64,000 bases of DNA from Lama glama (taxonomy: Eukaryota): positions 24,740,001-24,804,000 of the forward strand of contig CM052832.1 in the NCBI GenBank assembly GCA_028534125.1. The letters run 5' to 3'. This document shows, piece by piece, positions 13,955 to 44,261 of the stretch. The notes under the pieces were generated by a model, which searched no databases, was not told the origin of the DNA, and was given only the letters and a program-made list of their open reading frames with translations. Both the position numbers and the translations under genes were made by a program. Every line of letters starts with the position of its first letter. The first letter of the stretch is position 1.

Positions 13955-14600
13955 CATTTGTTTATTTATTAAAAAATGTTTATTGAGTACCTACTATCTG
14001 CTAGGCACTGTTCGGGCATCGGGAATACAGCAATAAACAAAGCAGACAAAATCTCTTTACTTTCTGGTGATGGAGACAGACAATAAAGAAATAAATAAGT
14101 AAATACATAGTATGTTAGATAATGGGAAGGACAATGGAGGAACTACTGTAATCTAGGCATATGTATTTAAAAAAGCAAACAAAACCTTCTGACGCTACGT
14201 GTTGGTGCCAAGTGCTCTGGAATTATAATGGAAACAGAAATTCATTTTGACAGAGGAGGCAAGAATTTGTGCAAGTGGGGAGATCTAAGCTGGACCCTGA
14301 AGAACATTTAGGCCAGGTGAATATAGCTACAATGCAAAGAGGCAAGAAAAAAAGCTCTCCAGGCATTACAAAACATGTCAGCAAAGGTCCAGGAGTGAGG
14401 AGAGAGGAGACACTAAACACATTCAGAAGAACCGAACAGTTTACTCCAGTCTCAGCAGTGGTGGGATGACAGGTGGAACAGAAACCTAATCTGGAAAGGT
14501 ATGTAGAGGCCAAGTAATGAAGAATTTTGACTTCCAAGGAGTACAGGTTGAGCTCTGCTGGCAGCAGGTAGTTACTGAGCATTTTACATGGAGGGTGCCC
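13955..14600 (-). mobile_element. L2 fragments
   Basis: tttattgagtacctactatctgctaggcactgtt...acagacaataaa, the reverse complement of an L2 3' end. Confidence 0.7.
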
Positions 14601-15024
14601 TGAGCAGATGTGTGTATAGACAGCAGTGTGTCAGACAGTGATGTGTCAGCTGGATGCCTCATCCAGGTGCAGAAGATCCCTGGGGTGATGCTGGCCCTGG
14701 TGGCTGACACCCAGTAACACTGAGGTAACAAGAGGCTGGTCTCCCTTAAAAAACAGGTGGCACTATCTTATGACTCAGAATAGCAAGCTAGACATTTACA
14801 TTCAAACATGATCTTTCCTTCATTCCCAAGCCACTGATATTCAAGTTCAAGGGCAGTAAACTGAGGCTCTGACTGATTCACAGCTTCTTCCTTTTACTGT
14901 GTAGTTGAGCAACTCAGGAGCTGAAAAGCTGAGGTCTGTTGATAACTCAATGATTTCTTGCACCAAGCCTCAGTGAAGGCTTGCATTAAGAGGTGTGGCT
15001 TGAGTCTTCTCTTGACCAACTGCA

Positions 15025-15347
15025 CATTCGGTCAGTCTTCTGTATCTGCGGGTTCTGCATCCTAAGACTTGACCAAATGTGAATCAAAAATTATTCAAAG
15101 AAACAAAATTCCAGAAGGCTCCCAAAAGCAAAACTTGAATTTGTTGCATCCTGGCAACTATTTACATGGCACTTACACTGTACTAGGTATTCTAAGTAAT
15201 CCAGAGATGTCTTAAAGAATACAGGAGGATGTGCCAAAGTTACATGCAAATACGATGCCATTTTCTATAAGGAACTTAAGTGTCCACAGATTTTGGAATC
15301 TGTGGAGGATCCTGGAACCAATTCCTGTGGATACTGAGGGATGACTG
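15025..15347 (-). mobile_element. MER2-like Tigger (TcMar) DNA transposon
   Basis: Reverse complement starts TA|CAGTCATCCCTCAGTATCCACAGGAATTGGTTCCAGGA; TA target site. Confidence 0.8.
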
Positions 15348-16519
15348 TAGATGGTCGGAGACATACGGAAGGGAATGAATTCCACCATCTTCACTCTCCT
15401 GGCACTGCAATTTACTCTCATGGTTCATAAGTAATAAACAGCCCAAAAGAGAAGAGGAGGAAATACTTTGAGGAGTTTCACCATCATCCCCCAGTTGACT
15501 CCCCTTTGCTAACTCAACTAACAAAGATATTTGGTTCACCTGAGTTTAAAGAAAAATATTCCCTGTTTCCTGTTCTTCCTCTTCTTCCACATTTCCTTCC
15601 CTATTTTTATTAGGCTCACTTTCTTGCCTCCTCTCTCTGTTGCGTTTATGGTGTCAGCAAAGGAAGGACAGAGATGCCTGCATGGGGGTTTCAGACATTT
15701 TTTGCCACACTGCGTGTATAATGTCAGTCTTTCCCCATCTTTCCTCAAAGTCTTGCGCGAAGTATCCATTTCTAAGGAACGCTTTGTGGAGGTGGCTCTA
15801 GATGTTAGCCCTTTTCCCGGTGGGTGTGGACCTGGAACGGGGAGGGGGGGGGCGGCCCTCCAGGGACCTGCCGTGCTGCTCACAGAAGCTGGATGCAGCG
15901 CACACACATTCTCCTGTCCAGCTCGAAGGCCTGCGCAACCCCGGCTCTCGTTCTCTCCTTGGGGATTAGTGGTGGTAACATGAAGCCAGCTGAGGACGGC
16001 TGGCAAAGAAATGGGTATTAACATTGATACTTTGAAAGCTCCAGAGCTAGCCAAGATTTAAGTCCTTCAGTTGTTTTCAACAATCCTTTCAGTTGGTCAA
16101 AAACACAGTGCTGGAAACCCCGGACTCCTAATCCCATTTGTTTCTATCTGAATACCTTCCCACTGTCTGTTAAAGGGTTTGTATTTTTTTTTCCTAGAAA
16201 ACACATAATAATTAAAAGCAAAATTGCTTCATGGGGTGGAATTGGGCTGTTTCAAAGGGGAAGGGTGTGAGAGCCATGAATAGTGAGGATTCTTGCAATT
16301 CACAGTTATACCCTCAAACTCAAGGAGGTGGAGAGAATTTGGACTGTTAGTCACACTCATTAAAAAACAAAAGCAAAGAAACAAAGCCATTTATTTGTCA
16401 TCATGTCCCTTGGATGTTCTGTGTGAGCCCGTCTGAGGCCCGGTGCGGTTTTGCAGCAGTGCTGGGTGGGGCTTCAGAGCTCCCGTGGCCATGGTGGCTT
16501 TTGTAAATTAATTCCAACG

Positions 16520-17293
16520 TGAGGGCTGGGGCTGGGGCTTCCCACACAACACCAAGCAATTCAGATACCAGCAGGGTGTCAGAGAATTCAACTCAATTCT
16601 GACACCGTCCACCCAGAGACAGCATCCAATTCTACAAGGTAAGGCTTCAGTCCTACAAGACTGCCCCTGCCGCCCACTTCAGATGCAAGTTGAAAAAGCC
16701 CGGGTTGTTACGGTGCTTCTGCCTGCCTGTAAACCAGAGGTCCCCAGAACCCCCTCCTCAGGTCAGATTAATTTGCTAGAGTGACTCAGAACTCTGAGAA
16801 ACATTTTACTTACTAGACTACCAGTTCATTGCTTTAAAAAGTAACTCAGGAACTGCCAGGTGGAAGAGATGCTCAGGGCAAGGTGTGTGGGAAAGGGCGC
16901 AGAGCTTCCACGCCCTCTCTAGACGCCCCTCTCCCAGATCCCTACATGTTCACCAACCCAGAAATCATCTGCACCCTTTTCTTCGGGGTTTTTATGGAGG
17001 CTTCATTACATAGGGTGATGAACTCATTAGCTATTAGTGACTGATTCAAGCTCCAGCCCCTTCTCCCCTCCCTAGAGGCTGGGGGTTGGGACTGAAAGTT
17101 CCAACCCTCTCATCTCATAGTTGGGTTCCCTGGCAACCAGTCCCATCCTTAGGTGAGATCCAGAAGTCACCTCAAAGACGTCTTTATTGATCTCATCACT
17201 TAGTACAACAATTCCAAGGGTTTTAGGAGCTCTGTGCCAGGAACGGTGACCAAGACCAAATATATATTTTTTAGTATGAATCACAACATCACA
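16520..17293 (-). mobile_element. MER21-like solo LTR
   Basis: Reverse complement starts TGTGATGTTGTGA...ATATATTTGGTCTT...CCTGGCACAGAGCTCCTAAAACCCTTGGAAT. Confidence 0.8.
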
Positions 17294-17470
17294 ATTTGAC
17301 TCCTGGCTCTCCCTCTTTCTAGCTCTGTGACCTTAAGAAGTCACTTCATCTTTCTGTGCCTCAGGTTCTCGCTATAAATGAGGCCGTAAGGGCACTTACT
17401 TCACAGGCGCATTGTGAGGATGAGACAGGTGGATTCCTATAAAGCCGTTAGACTGGTCTAGCATCTAGGG
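17294..17470 (+). mobile_element. MIR SINE
   Basis: ctagctctgtgacctt...ctgtgcctcag core. Confidence 0.75.
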
Positions 17471-19115
17471 CTGGACCTCGTGGGCCCCCGTGCTAAGGAT
17501 CCTCAGCAAAGACTCTTACCTAGTACTGTGTATAAATTTAGGTTACACACCAGAGGGGAGAGGGAAAGCTTGGCGGCTTCTCAAAAGGAAAAAGAACTTT
17601 CAAACAGCGGGGAGCTATGAAGTGGGAAATGCCTTCCCGAATCAATTACTGAGGTAGGGGTGGGGCTCATGGCTCCCAGACTGGAGGGTGGGGTCTACCT
17701 TCCTCTTTCCCCTGCCAAGAGGCAGAAACAGAAGAGGGGGCACTGAGAAAGACTTGTAATTCCACTTAAAGTTTGTGATGTAAGTTACACCGGCTTTTGG
17801 TAGAGCTGACATCATATCTAAAACCCAGGAAAGTCATTTTTACACATGCAGGAACTTGGGCCTGAACAGATAACCTGAGTGCCATTTTGAAGGCACTGCC
17901 TGACCCTACGGGTGTCATACACACCTGCCATCTATGAGCACCATACCGCACCCATAGGGGTGGCCTCTGGAGAAGCTTTGAAGGTAGACATGGTAGCTCC
18001 TCTACCCCCAACTCCCTCCCACGTCCCCCTAACACTCTCCTGGCCCGTAGCAGCATCAGCCCCTGGTTTTGAACACAAAGGACATTTGTTGCATGCAATC
18101 ACTGTATAAGGCTGGCCTCTTTCTATTATGAATAATCATGAAATTGGGGGTGAAGGAGAAAGGCAGCTCCACATCTGAAGCTACAAAAAGGCCGTGATTC
18201 ATTTTTAGTCTCTTTATTCAGCAGCCTGGTCTCAGATCATTTGCAGCAAAGTTTTACCCTAGAGCAAGTTTCCTCAGTCATGTTAAATTCATGGGGGAAA
18301 TCCTCCTAGGATTTAGAATGAAAAACAGACAGCTTTAATAACTGAAACGCTGGTGTAAAGAGCGGGGAAAGGGAGTATGTTCTAACCATTTAGGGAAAAA
18401 ATGGATAAGATGTTACTAATAAGCTCTGCTATGTTTTCATCCTGCCGTTTTCTTCATCTGAAGGAATACTGAGATGAGCTTTTAAATTCTGGATGATTAT
18501 CTGACAGCTTCCATCTTTAGGGCAAATTATCAGCAAGGGTTTTATATCACTATTACATTGACTCAAAACTCAGAGGACACACGCTTACCGGAGCCCAGAC
18601 GAGGAAATAAAATCTACAGAAAAGAGTGCTGTGAACAGAACTGCGGAATCCAGCTACTTCTAGGTTCCCTTACGTGACATTTGTGGATACTGTCCTTTTT
18701 ATCGAGTCGGGCTGGGGTCCTACCTCCTGGATGTGGTCCCAACCTAACTTCCCGGCTTCGTCTCTCACCATTCTCCCGCCAACAACCCATCCAACCACAC
18801 ACCCTGTATTCCAGTTATGCCTAACTGCCCACTGGTCCCAAATGTGTCACATGTTTGAACACTTTCCTTCTGCCTACATTTCCTATCTGGGTGAGGTTTA
18901 ACTCATTGTTAAGACTCATCTCCAACATGACTTTCTCCCAGAAATCTTTCCAATGTAAGCAAAATTAGTGGCATCTTATTCTGTTCCTCCACAGTACCTA
19001 GGACCTGCTTCACTGTGGAGTTCAGTAGACTGGAATTATTAGTTTACAATGCCAGTTCCCCTTGGTGATCCTGAAAGGGCAAGGACTTTATCTGGGATAT
19101 CTGAACCCTCTGGTC

Positions 19116-19325
19116 CAGGGTTTCTCAAGAGCAGCAGTATTGACATTTTGGGCCAGAAAATTCCGTGGTATCGGGGGCTGTCCTGTGCATTATAGGATGC
19201 AATCATCCCTGGCCTCCACCACTAAATGCCAGTAGCAACCCATCCTCATGTGATGATTAAAAATTGTCTCCAGACATTGCCCAGTGCCTCCTGGGGGAGA
19301 AAATGACCCCAGGTGAGAACCACAG
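19116..19325 (+). mobile_element. MER20 hAT-Charlie DNA transposon (within L2)
   Basis: cagggtttctcaa...tgacattttgggccag...gtctccagacattgcc...tgagaaccacag, ~210 bp with terminal inverted repeats. Confidence 0.85.
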
Positions 19326-19737
19326 TTCTAGCCCTAACAGAGAGCCTGATATATACCAGGTGCTTAATACATATTTGCTGAGGTTAATAAATCAATGTCC
19401 AAATTAACGAACAAAAACCGAGGGAACCAACAGATGAAGAAAGATCTTACTGTATCTCTCACACCCTCATCAAATCAAACCTAAGATCTTTCTCTTCACG
19501 GATTGGCTCTACTCTCTTCCTATCTTTTCTGTCACATCCTTGGTCCCTCACCTGCATGTGCCACATTCTGATGCTTTGTTTTCCCTCCCACCAACCCAAA
19601 TTCTGTACTGATTGCAAGACAAAGAACAACTTAGCCACTTCAAAAAGCCTTCCCCAATGCACCCAATCCAGTGACCTCCCTACTTCACTTTCTCTAAGTA
19701 TTTATGAACAGGGTCTATAGTGAACAATTACCAGCAA

Positions 19738-19808
19738 TATATACACATATGTGCATATATGTATACACATACGTGTACATGCGTATGTCTATACATACAT
19801 GTATACAC
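19738..19808. repeat. Degenerate (TA/CA/TG)n alternating purine-pyrimidine tract
   Basis: Direct read. Confidence 0.8.
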
Positions 19809-21985
19809 AGTATTTTGGTCTTAGAACTATTATCTTTTTGGTTCACATATGCGTATAGGAATTTTCTTCTTACCTGGAAGAATCACCCTTTGATAGACGC
19901 CTTACTTATGCCTTTGAGTTTTTTTCCTCTTAGCTTTAGCACAAGTTTATGAACAACAGATGTTTAGCTTTTGCTTGAAGTGAATTTTTTTTCTGTATGC
20001 ATCTGGCAGGTGTGTTAAATCTGTGTAATTGGTGGGGTCTTGACATAGTTTTGTTTTTAAAAGGCATAGGGCTAACTCTAACATCTTGCAGATTTTAAAC
20101 AAACTCATTTCAAAGAGATTCTGCAAATACGAAAAAAGTGATTTGCAGTGTTCTAGGATTTCTGTGAGAAGGAACTGAATATGATAAGTAGTGAGAAAGA
20201 CCAAAATGGCTGCATTTTGTCTTGAATTCGGACTGTGCTTGAACTCTGTCTAGGCTTTTTTTCCCCCCATTTCTTGGTAAAAGTTTTAAAAACACTGACC
20301 TTCCTGGTTTATTATGAGTCCTCTCAACACCCAAGCATCCTCTGCCACTGCTTACTTGCAGTGACTTGTCCACATACTTTCCCCCACACTTGTTTAGAAA
20401 TTTGCTCAAACTTCCATTCTATGGGGCAATCCTTTCTCACATTTTACTTGGAAGAGTTTGTGCTTTGCCCAAAAGCAGTCACTCTATGGGGCTCCTGATC
20501 CTCAGGGCTCAATGGCAGAGTTAAGGGGCCAACCCCAGAATTTTCGTGCATTGCACCTGAGCTCCACATGTGTGACAGGGTAAGTACAGGGTGGACGTAT
20601 GGGAATGGGGTAGGGTGGGGGAAAACATCTCTAGCTGCACCACTAATTTTTGTAACTCTTAAGAAAAAGACCTCTCGGTGGCCCCCTCCTCTATGCCTAC
20701 CCACGTCTTCCTGTTTAAAATACAAAATCAAAATGCTTCTCTTGACCCAGCCTGCTCCTACGGTCCCATTGTGACTTACTCCACCTCACTCACCACCAGT
20801 GCATGTCGACCCCCATTTATCGTTCCTACGGACGACTTCTTGTATTGTCATGTCTTCAAATACCAGTTAAATGTAACAGCCACCAAATGCTTCTCTTTAC
20901 TTTTTCCATCCTCTGGAAGTTCCAACCCAAGTTTTCAATTGACCCCAGGTTTGCCAGTCACCAAGCATCTCAAATGCAGCCTGTTCAAAGTCAAATTAAA
21001 TTCCCTTTCTGCTCCTATGGCCCACTCCCCTCTATTTGTCCCTCTATTAAAGACTACCTGTTCCAAACTAGAGGCAGGATTTGTCTATGACTTGTCTGTC
21101 TTACTCAATACTGATCATACTTCTGAAGTCTCCTGATCTGTCTCATTTTCATGTCGATAGATGTTCCCTGCCTCCGTTCTCTTCCCACTCTTGTGTATCC
21201 TCTCCTCTGTGGTAGGAATTCCCTGTGTAAGAATCAGAGCTGCCACTCTCCCATCCCTGAAGTTCCTGGTTCTAAAGGCAGTGGAGAACCACATCCAAAT
21301 CAAACCTGGAATTCAAGGTCACCCATTACCGTAACTCTAACCACGTTCCCTTCACAGCTTTATTTCTTCATTTCATTGACAGCCCCACCAAACTGCATTC
21401 TAACCCTGTATGCGCCACCTGGTAAGATCCACCTAGAATGTTAAGGCTTAGCTCAAAGGGCCTTTGAGAAGCACCCTTGCCCTTGGCCCCTATGGAGAAT
21501 TAACTATTACTTTCTGGGTCTTCAGAGCACTTTACTTATAGTTCAATTAAGTCATCTTGTAAAATAGTAGTTTTCATGTTAGTCACTGAGCTTCAGGGGT
21601 CCACAGGATGAACAATATCTTACCTGTTTGTTGACCTGTCATCCATACACTCATCCTTCCATCCATTATTCTGGCCAGCATTTAGAGACTACCACACTTA
21701 AGATCTTCTCCAGTGCTAATATTTTATGATTTTGAACATTATTTAACTTCAATATACAGAGAAACTAGTGTAAATTAGAGGTTAAGTACATGACACAGGC
21801 ATCCTGTGCCATTCATGTCTTGATCATGATTAAATTTCCACTGCTCAGTAATAACTTAGCAGGTACTCAATTAACATGTTAAATGAACAAATGAATTAAT
21901 TCCTAGAAATTGATCGGAGATTGGCTTACATATAAGAATAGTAGAAAGCAAATATTGTCTCTCAATTTTTAAAAAATTATTTACT

Positions 21986-22141
21986 GGGGGGAGGGTACAG
22001 CTCAAATGGTAGAGCGTGTGCTTAACATGTACAAGGTTCTGGGTTCAATCCCGAGTACCTCCTCTCAAAAATAATAAACCTAATTTCCTCCCCCTACCCA
22101 TAATAAAGTAAAAAATATTTTTTTAATTAAAAAAAATTTTT
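21986..22141 (+). mobile_element. Young tRNA-derived SINE (camelid Vic-type) with 14-bp target-site duplication (TSD)
   Basis: A box cagctcaaatgg, B box ggttcaatccc, A-rich tail; TSD aaaaattatttact at 21972-21985 and 22142-22155. Confidence 0.9.
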
Positions 22142-22759
22142 AAAAATTATTTACTTGAAATAACTGCACTTGTACCAAACTGAACTTTTGCAGCAGCTGA
22201 AATTACTCAATGGCTACAGACAGTTCTGAGTTACATGTATTATGTGCACCGTTCTTTACAGAGTGTTTCCTGAGCAACACAAATGAGCACACACAGGCAC
22301 ACTTAGAGTAGCGAGGTCCTAGAAGTAGCAGGCTGGCCATCCTACAGAATGCAGCCCTGGCATATATAGCCTGAGGCCACCACTGCAGGGACCAGACCGG
22401 CACTCACCTGTCCTGACCAGGAGACGCACTAGCGGCATCATCTGAGTTTAAATTTTTAACTTCCAACTTCGCCATTCCCTTCCTTCTCCAATACCTTCCA
22501 GTTCTTTTCCCAACTTTTACTTTTCGTCTGCTTGTGTACATTACCCCATTTTCACCTACATTCCAATCCTATAAACCAGAAAACATAGATGAGTGAATCA
22601 CGGGGTAAACATTCTCCTCCATTAGAGCCAATACCCTAAACACTTTCACATTTTTCGCACACGACCACATTAGACACCAACCATGATGTTATCAATGCTT
22701 TTTTCTTCTAAATGAATAAAAACTGGCTTAAGGGAAAATAACTGTGACGATACAAACAC

Positions 22760-24218
22760 CCATGTTTGCTTTAAAGTCTTTATTATCCTGAATATAAAAG
22801 ACAGAAGTCCTCTAGGATATAACAGAGTTCTTTATGTGGAAACATTACTTTTTACAAGTGAAAAAATAAATACCTCTTGGAATAAAGGCTTATATGTTAA
22901 TATGTGCCATAAAAAAGTAGAGTTTTAATATCTGACAAAATGTCTGTGCAAAGAAACAAATGCATAAACACATTACTGCTACATTAAGGCAATATGAAAA
23001 GTATACTCAGAATTCTCAGTAAAGTGACAGTGTAGGTTTCTAGCTTTAACTTAGCTAGTATTGCACCCAGTAAGGTCATCTAGGTTTCCTGACATCCTAG
23101 AAAACCCACAAGCTGACCAGCGTCCAAAATGCCCAAGTGGGAATAGAAAACATGATTAAGAATACAGAAACAAAAAACCCCCAAACCCCTCTTAAACAGA
23201 GGGACAACAAAAAGTTAATACTTAAGCATTTACTACAAAAAAAGAAAAAAAAAAGCACACAATGCTAGGATATCTATGATAAGGCTGTAAAAGGCTGGAT
23301 GGCTCAAGCAAAAGCGACCCCACTGGGTGAAGCTGGAGCAGGGTGCGTGGGAGGGCTAGGAACCGCCCCGAGCGTGGACACCACCTAGCTTCATCTCAGC
23401 GAGCTATGCCCTCCCTTCCCAAGGAACATGCCCTCCCCTTCCAATCTCAAAATAAAATGTTCCACCAACTCAAGAGGCCCAAGGAGTGCTGGCGACTCCA
23501 CAGAAATCATCTAACCAAACTGGAAGCGCTTTATAATTGAAGGGAGGTGGCTGGGGGCAGAAAGGAGAAGGAACAGGAAACCATCCACGTGGAGTGATCT
23601 GTTTTCCACTAGCCAGACTGGTTTAAATCCGACAACTTTGTTGTCCACTTTAAAAAAAGTCCCAGAATTGATTTTGAGATCTGTCTGCCTCCCAGTCATT
23701 CTCGAACAAGTTAGAAAAACAGAAGTGACATTAAAACGACGACTACCTCTTTAAGAAAAATTTTCCTATGAAAAATGTCCGGAGCTCCGGGACCCGTACA
23801 AAGAGAACCAAGTAAATCCTTAGAATGAATTCTTACAAAATTGGCTGCAGGTAGGAAACTTACCTTGGGATACATTAAGGAGATGTAACAGCATCATTTT
23901 CTAAAAGGTACCCACTTTTTGTCTAAACTGCCACTTAACTAATGTCAACAATTTTCCAGATTCCTTTACTTGATCATAAAAAGAAGGAAAGTCCAAGGAA
24001 TGTGTCTGGGTCCCAGAGCTCTTCCTGGTCGCCACCCCAGAGGTGCTGATTCCACGCATGGTATGTTCTGGCGGTGAGGAATAGTTGTATTCTTTCTATT
24101 CTTCCTTTTTTTAAAAAAAAAAACGTTGCATGGCAGATGAGTGTTGGAGTATTCATTCTCTCCACAATCTATTATTTTTATAGTTTGTAATAGTGCAGTC
24201 CGGTAAGTGCACAACAGG
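22760..24218 (-). other. MYLIP: MYLIP 3'UTR (~1.45 kb, end approximate)
   Basis: No recognisable interspersed repeat; AU-rich; runs from the stop codon to an AATAAA followed by a GU-rich tract. Confidence 0.8.
22779..22784 (-). terminator. Polyadenylation signal AATAAA of MYLIP
   Basis: tttatt on the plus strand; the downstream minus strand reads GGGTGTTTGTATCGT (GU-rich element). Confidence 0.8.
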
Positions 24219-42389
<18,171 letters not shown>

Positions 42390-42623
42390 GGCTGGGGCCG
42401 CCGCTGCCGCCACAGCCACCTCGTCTTTGGTGTGCGCGGGGCTCAGACCCAGCTCCAGGCTCGGCGAGGCTGGCCCTCGGGAGGCTGCAGCCTTGCAGAC
42501 CCCAGTCCTGCCGCCTTCCCCGCCACCCCCTAGACAGCCCGCCCACCCACCGGCTCTCCAGGACTCCGCCGCGGCGCCGCACTCCAGCAGCCCAACTGTC
42601 TGCGCCGCGACAGGGACTCCTCT

Positions 42624-42708
42624 GATATAGCGGCCCCGCCCCCTTCGGCTGGAGCCCCCGCCAATCACGGCGGCCCCGCCCATCCGCCGCCGCCCCGCCA
42701 GCCAATAG
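42624..42708 (-). promoter_or_regulatory. MYLIP core promoter: TATA-like box, GC boxes, two CCAAT boxes; TSS inferred near 42600
   Basis: Minus-strand GGGGCGGGGCCGCTATATCAG (TATA at 42626-42629, GC box 42634-42642); CCAAT at 42661 and 42702, with further ccccgcc boxes between. Confidence 0.75.
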
Positions 42709-44171
42709 TGGCACCCGCTCGGCCGCCGCCCGACCTCCCAGCGCCCGCTGAGTTCCCCCGGCCGCCTGGGGAGGTGGCAGCTCGCGGGCGCCGAGCGCGG
42801 CGGAAGGAGGGAGGCCCCGGAACGCAGCCGCTGCCTCTGCCCGCTGGGCGACGCTGCTCGGAGCCAGCGATCGCCCGGGGCTCCCAGGAGGGGACGCCTT
42901 TCTGTCTGGCTTGAATTTACAAAGATTAAACGCCTCCAAGCTGCCGCCGTTCTTCAGAAGCCTTGGGTCGCTCCAATAGCGCACTTCGGGAGGTGAAAGC
43001 AGATAGGAACGAGAGCAACCCCAAAAGCTGAAAAGAAAACTGTTTCCCCTGGGGTTTGCCACTGTGGGTTGTTGGAAAGCGGTTTTTTGTTCCTTGTTTT
43101 ACACCTAGTCATTGAAAAAACACAATCTGAGTATAAAAGTTTTTGCGGATGTTCAGTACAGGAAACTTGATTTAGCGCTTTCTCTGTGAACCCTCTCCAA
43201 GGGCTTCTATTTACCCGCTGTGCTGAATCAAAACACCTTACAGGGCACCAAGGCCCTCTCTCAGGTTGCCCATCCCATCTTACGCCTTATCTCATTTATT
43301 CATGAAACATTAAGTAAGCACATGCTCCAATGCCAGTCTCTTCTCTCAGGTGACCAGGTGTTAGCCCCATCTTCAGGGTAAGGGACGCATCTCAGAACCT
43401 AACAGGTGGTATAAACTCAATAGTAGCTATTAATAATTAGAGGTCTACAACTCTTCTCTCATTTGCCACTTGTTTCTTTTAGCCAACGCCATTACTCAGC
43501 CTACCTCTTTGGTTTCCTTACTGAAGAAGCCAGAGACGTGGGTTTTAGCTTTGGACCCTTGAAAACTGACTTCATTTCTCTGGAGCTCAGTGTTTCAGCA
43601 GTAAAACGAAGAACATAGTATCTGCCCCGCCTTTCCTCAGCGCTGCTGTGAAGAGCAGCAGCAGACACAATGCTCATAAAAGCATCTGAACGACCCGGTA
43701 TATACAAGGAGATCCCTAATGTCAGATCCTGCGGCTGCCTGCCCATGACCTCTCCAGCCCTTATCCCTTGCCCAGAGTTCCAATTAGCTCTGTTCCAGTG
43801 GCCTTTATTTCTGAAGAAGCAGGAAGGCTATCAGAGCAGAAGACTGATAGATAGGATCCTACCACAGTCTTTCAGTAAAGCCCACTATGGCTAAAACTAA
43901 ACCAAGTCCTTACCCTCAGTGCTGCAGACAGACATGCGCACTCACGTCTTTGTGTCTTTTAAGAATTCACCTCGCGATTTTGAGCTGCTGAAATTAGTCC
44001 TGTCTTATATCAACTAACTCCTCATTCACTTAATTCCAGTTTACTGATCTGGGAAATTTATCTGGGGGATAACATTTGGATAACTGTCATCTAATACATG
44101 TTTAATCTCTAGAAATTTTAGAACCCGGAGAAGAGACAAGCGGTAAGATGGAGGGCAGTTATGCTGGTTAA

Positions 44172-44261
44172 TTTTTTTTCAGTTTTTTTTTTAAACTGAA
44201 AAAAAATTGAAGGATAGTTGATTTACAATATTGTATTAGTTTCTGGTGTACAGCATAGTGA
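44172..44261 (-). mobile_element. Very short L1 3'-end fragment
   Basis: Poly-T followed by atagttgatttacaatattgtattagtttctggtgtacagcatagtg, the reverse complement of the L1 tail at 37870-37915. Confidence 0.75.

Noticed and set aside
15531..16054. Overlapping 150-aa and 172-aa ORFs
   Set aside because: No recognisable domain, splice structure or pseudogene hallmarks
21986..22060. tRNA-like sequences (also at 35083 and 29877)
   Set aside because: SINE heads with A-rich tails and TSDs, not tRNA genes
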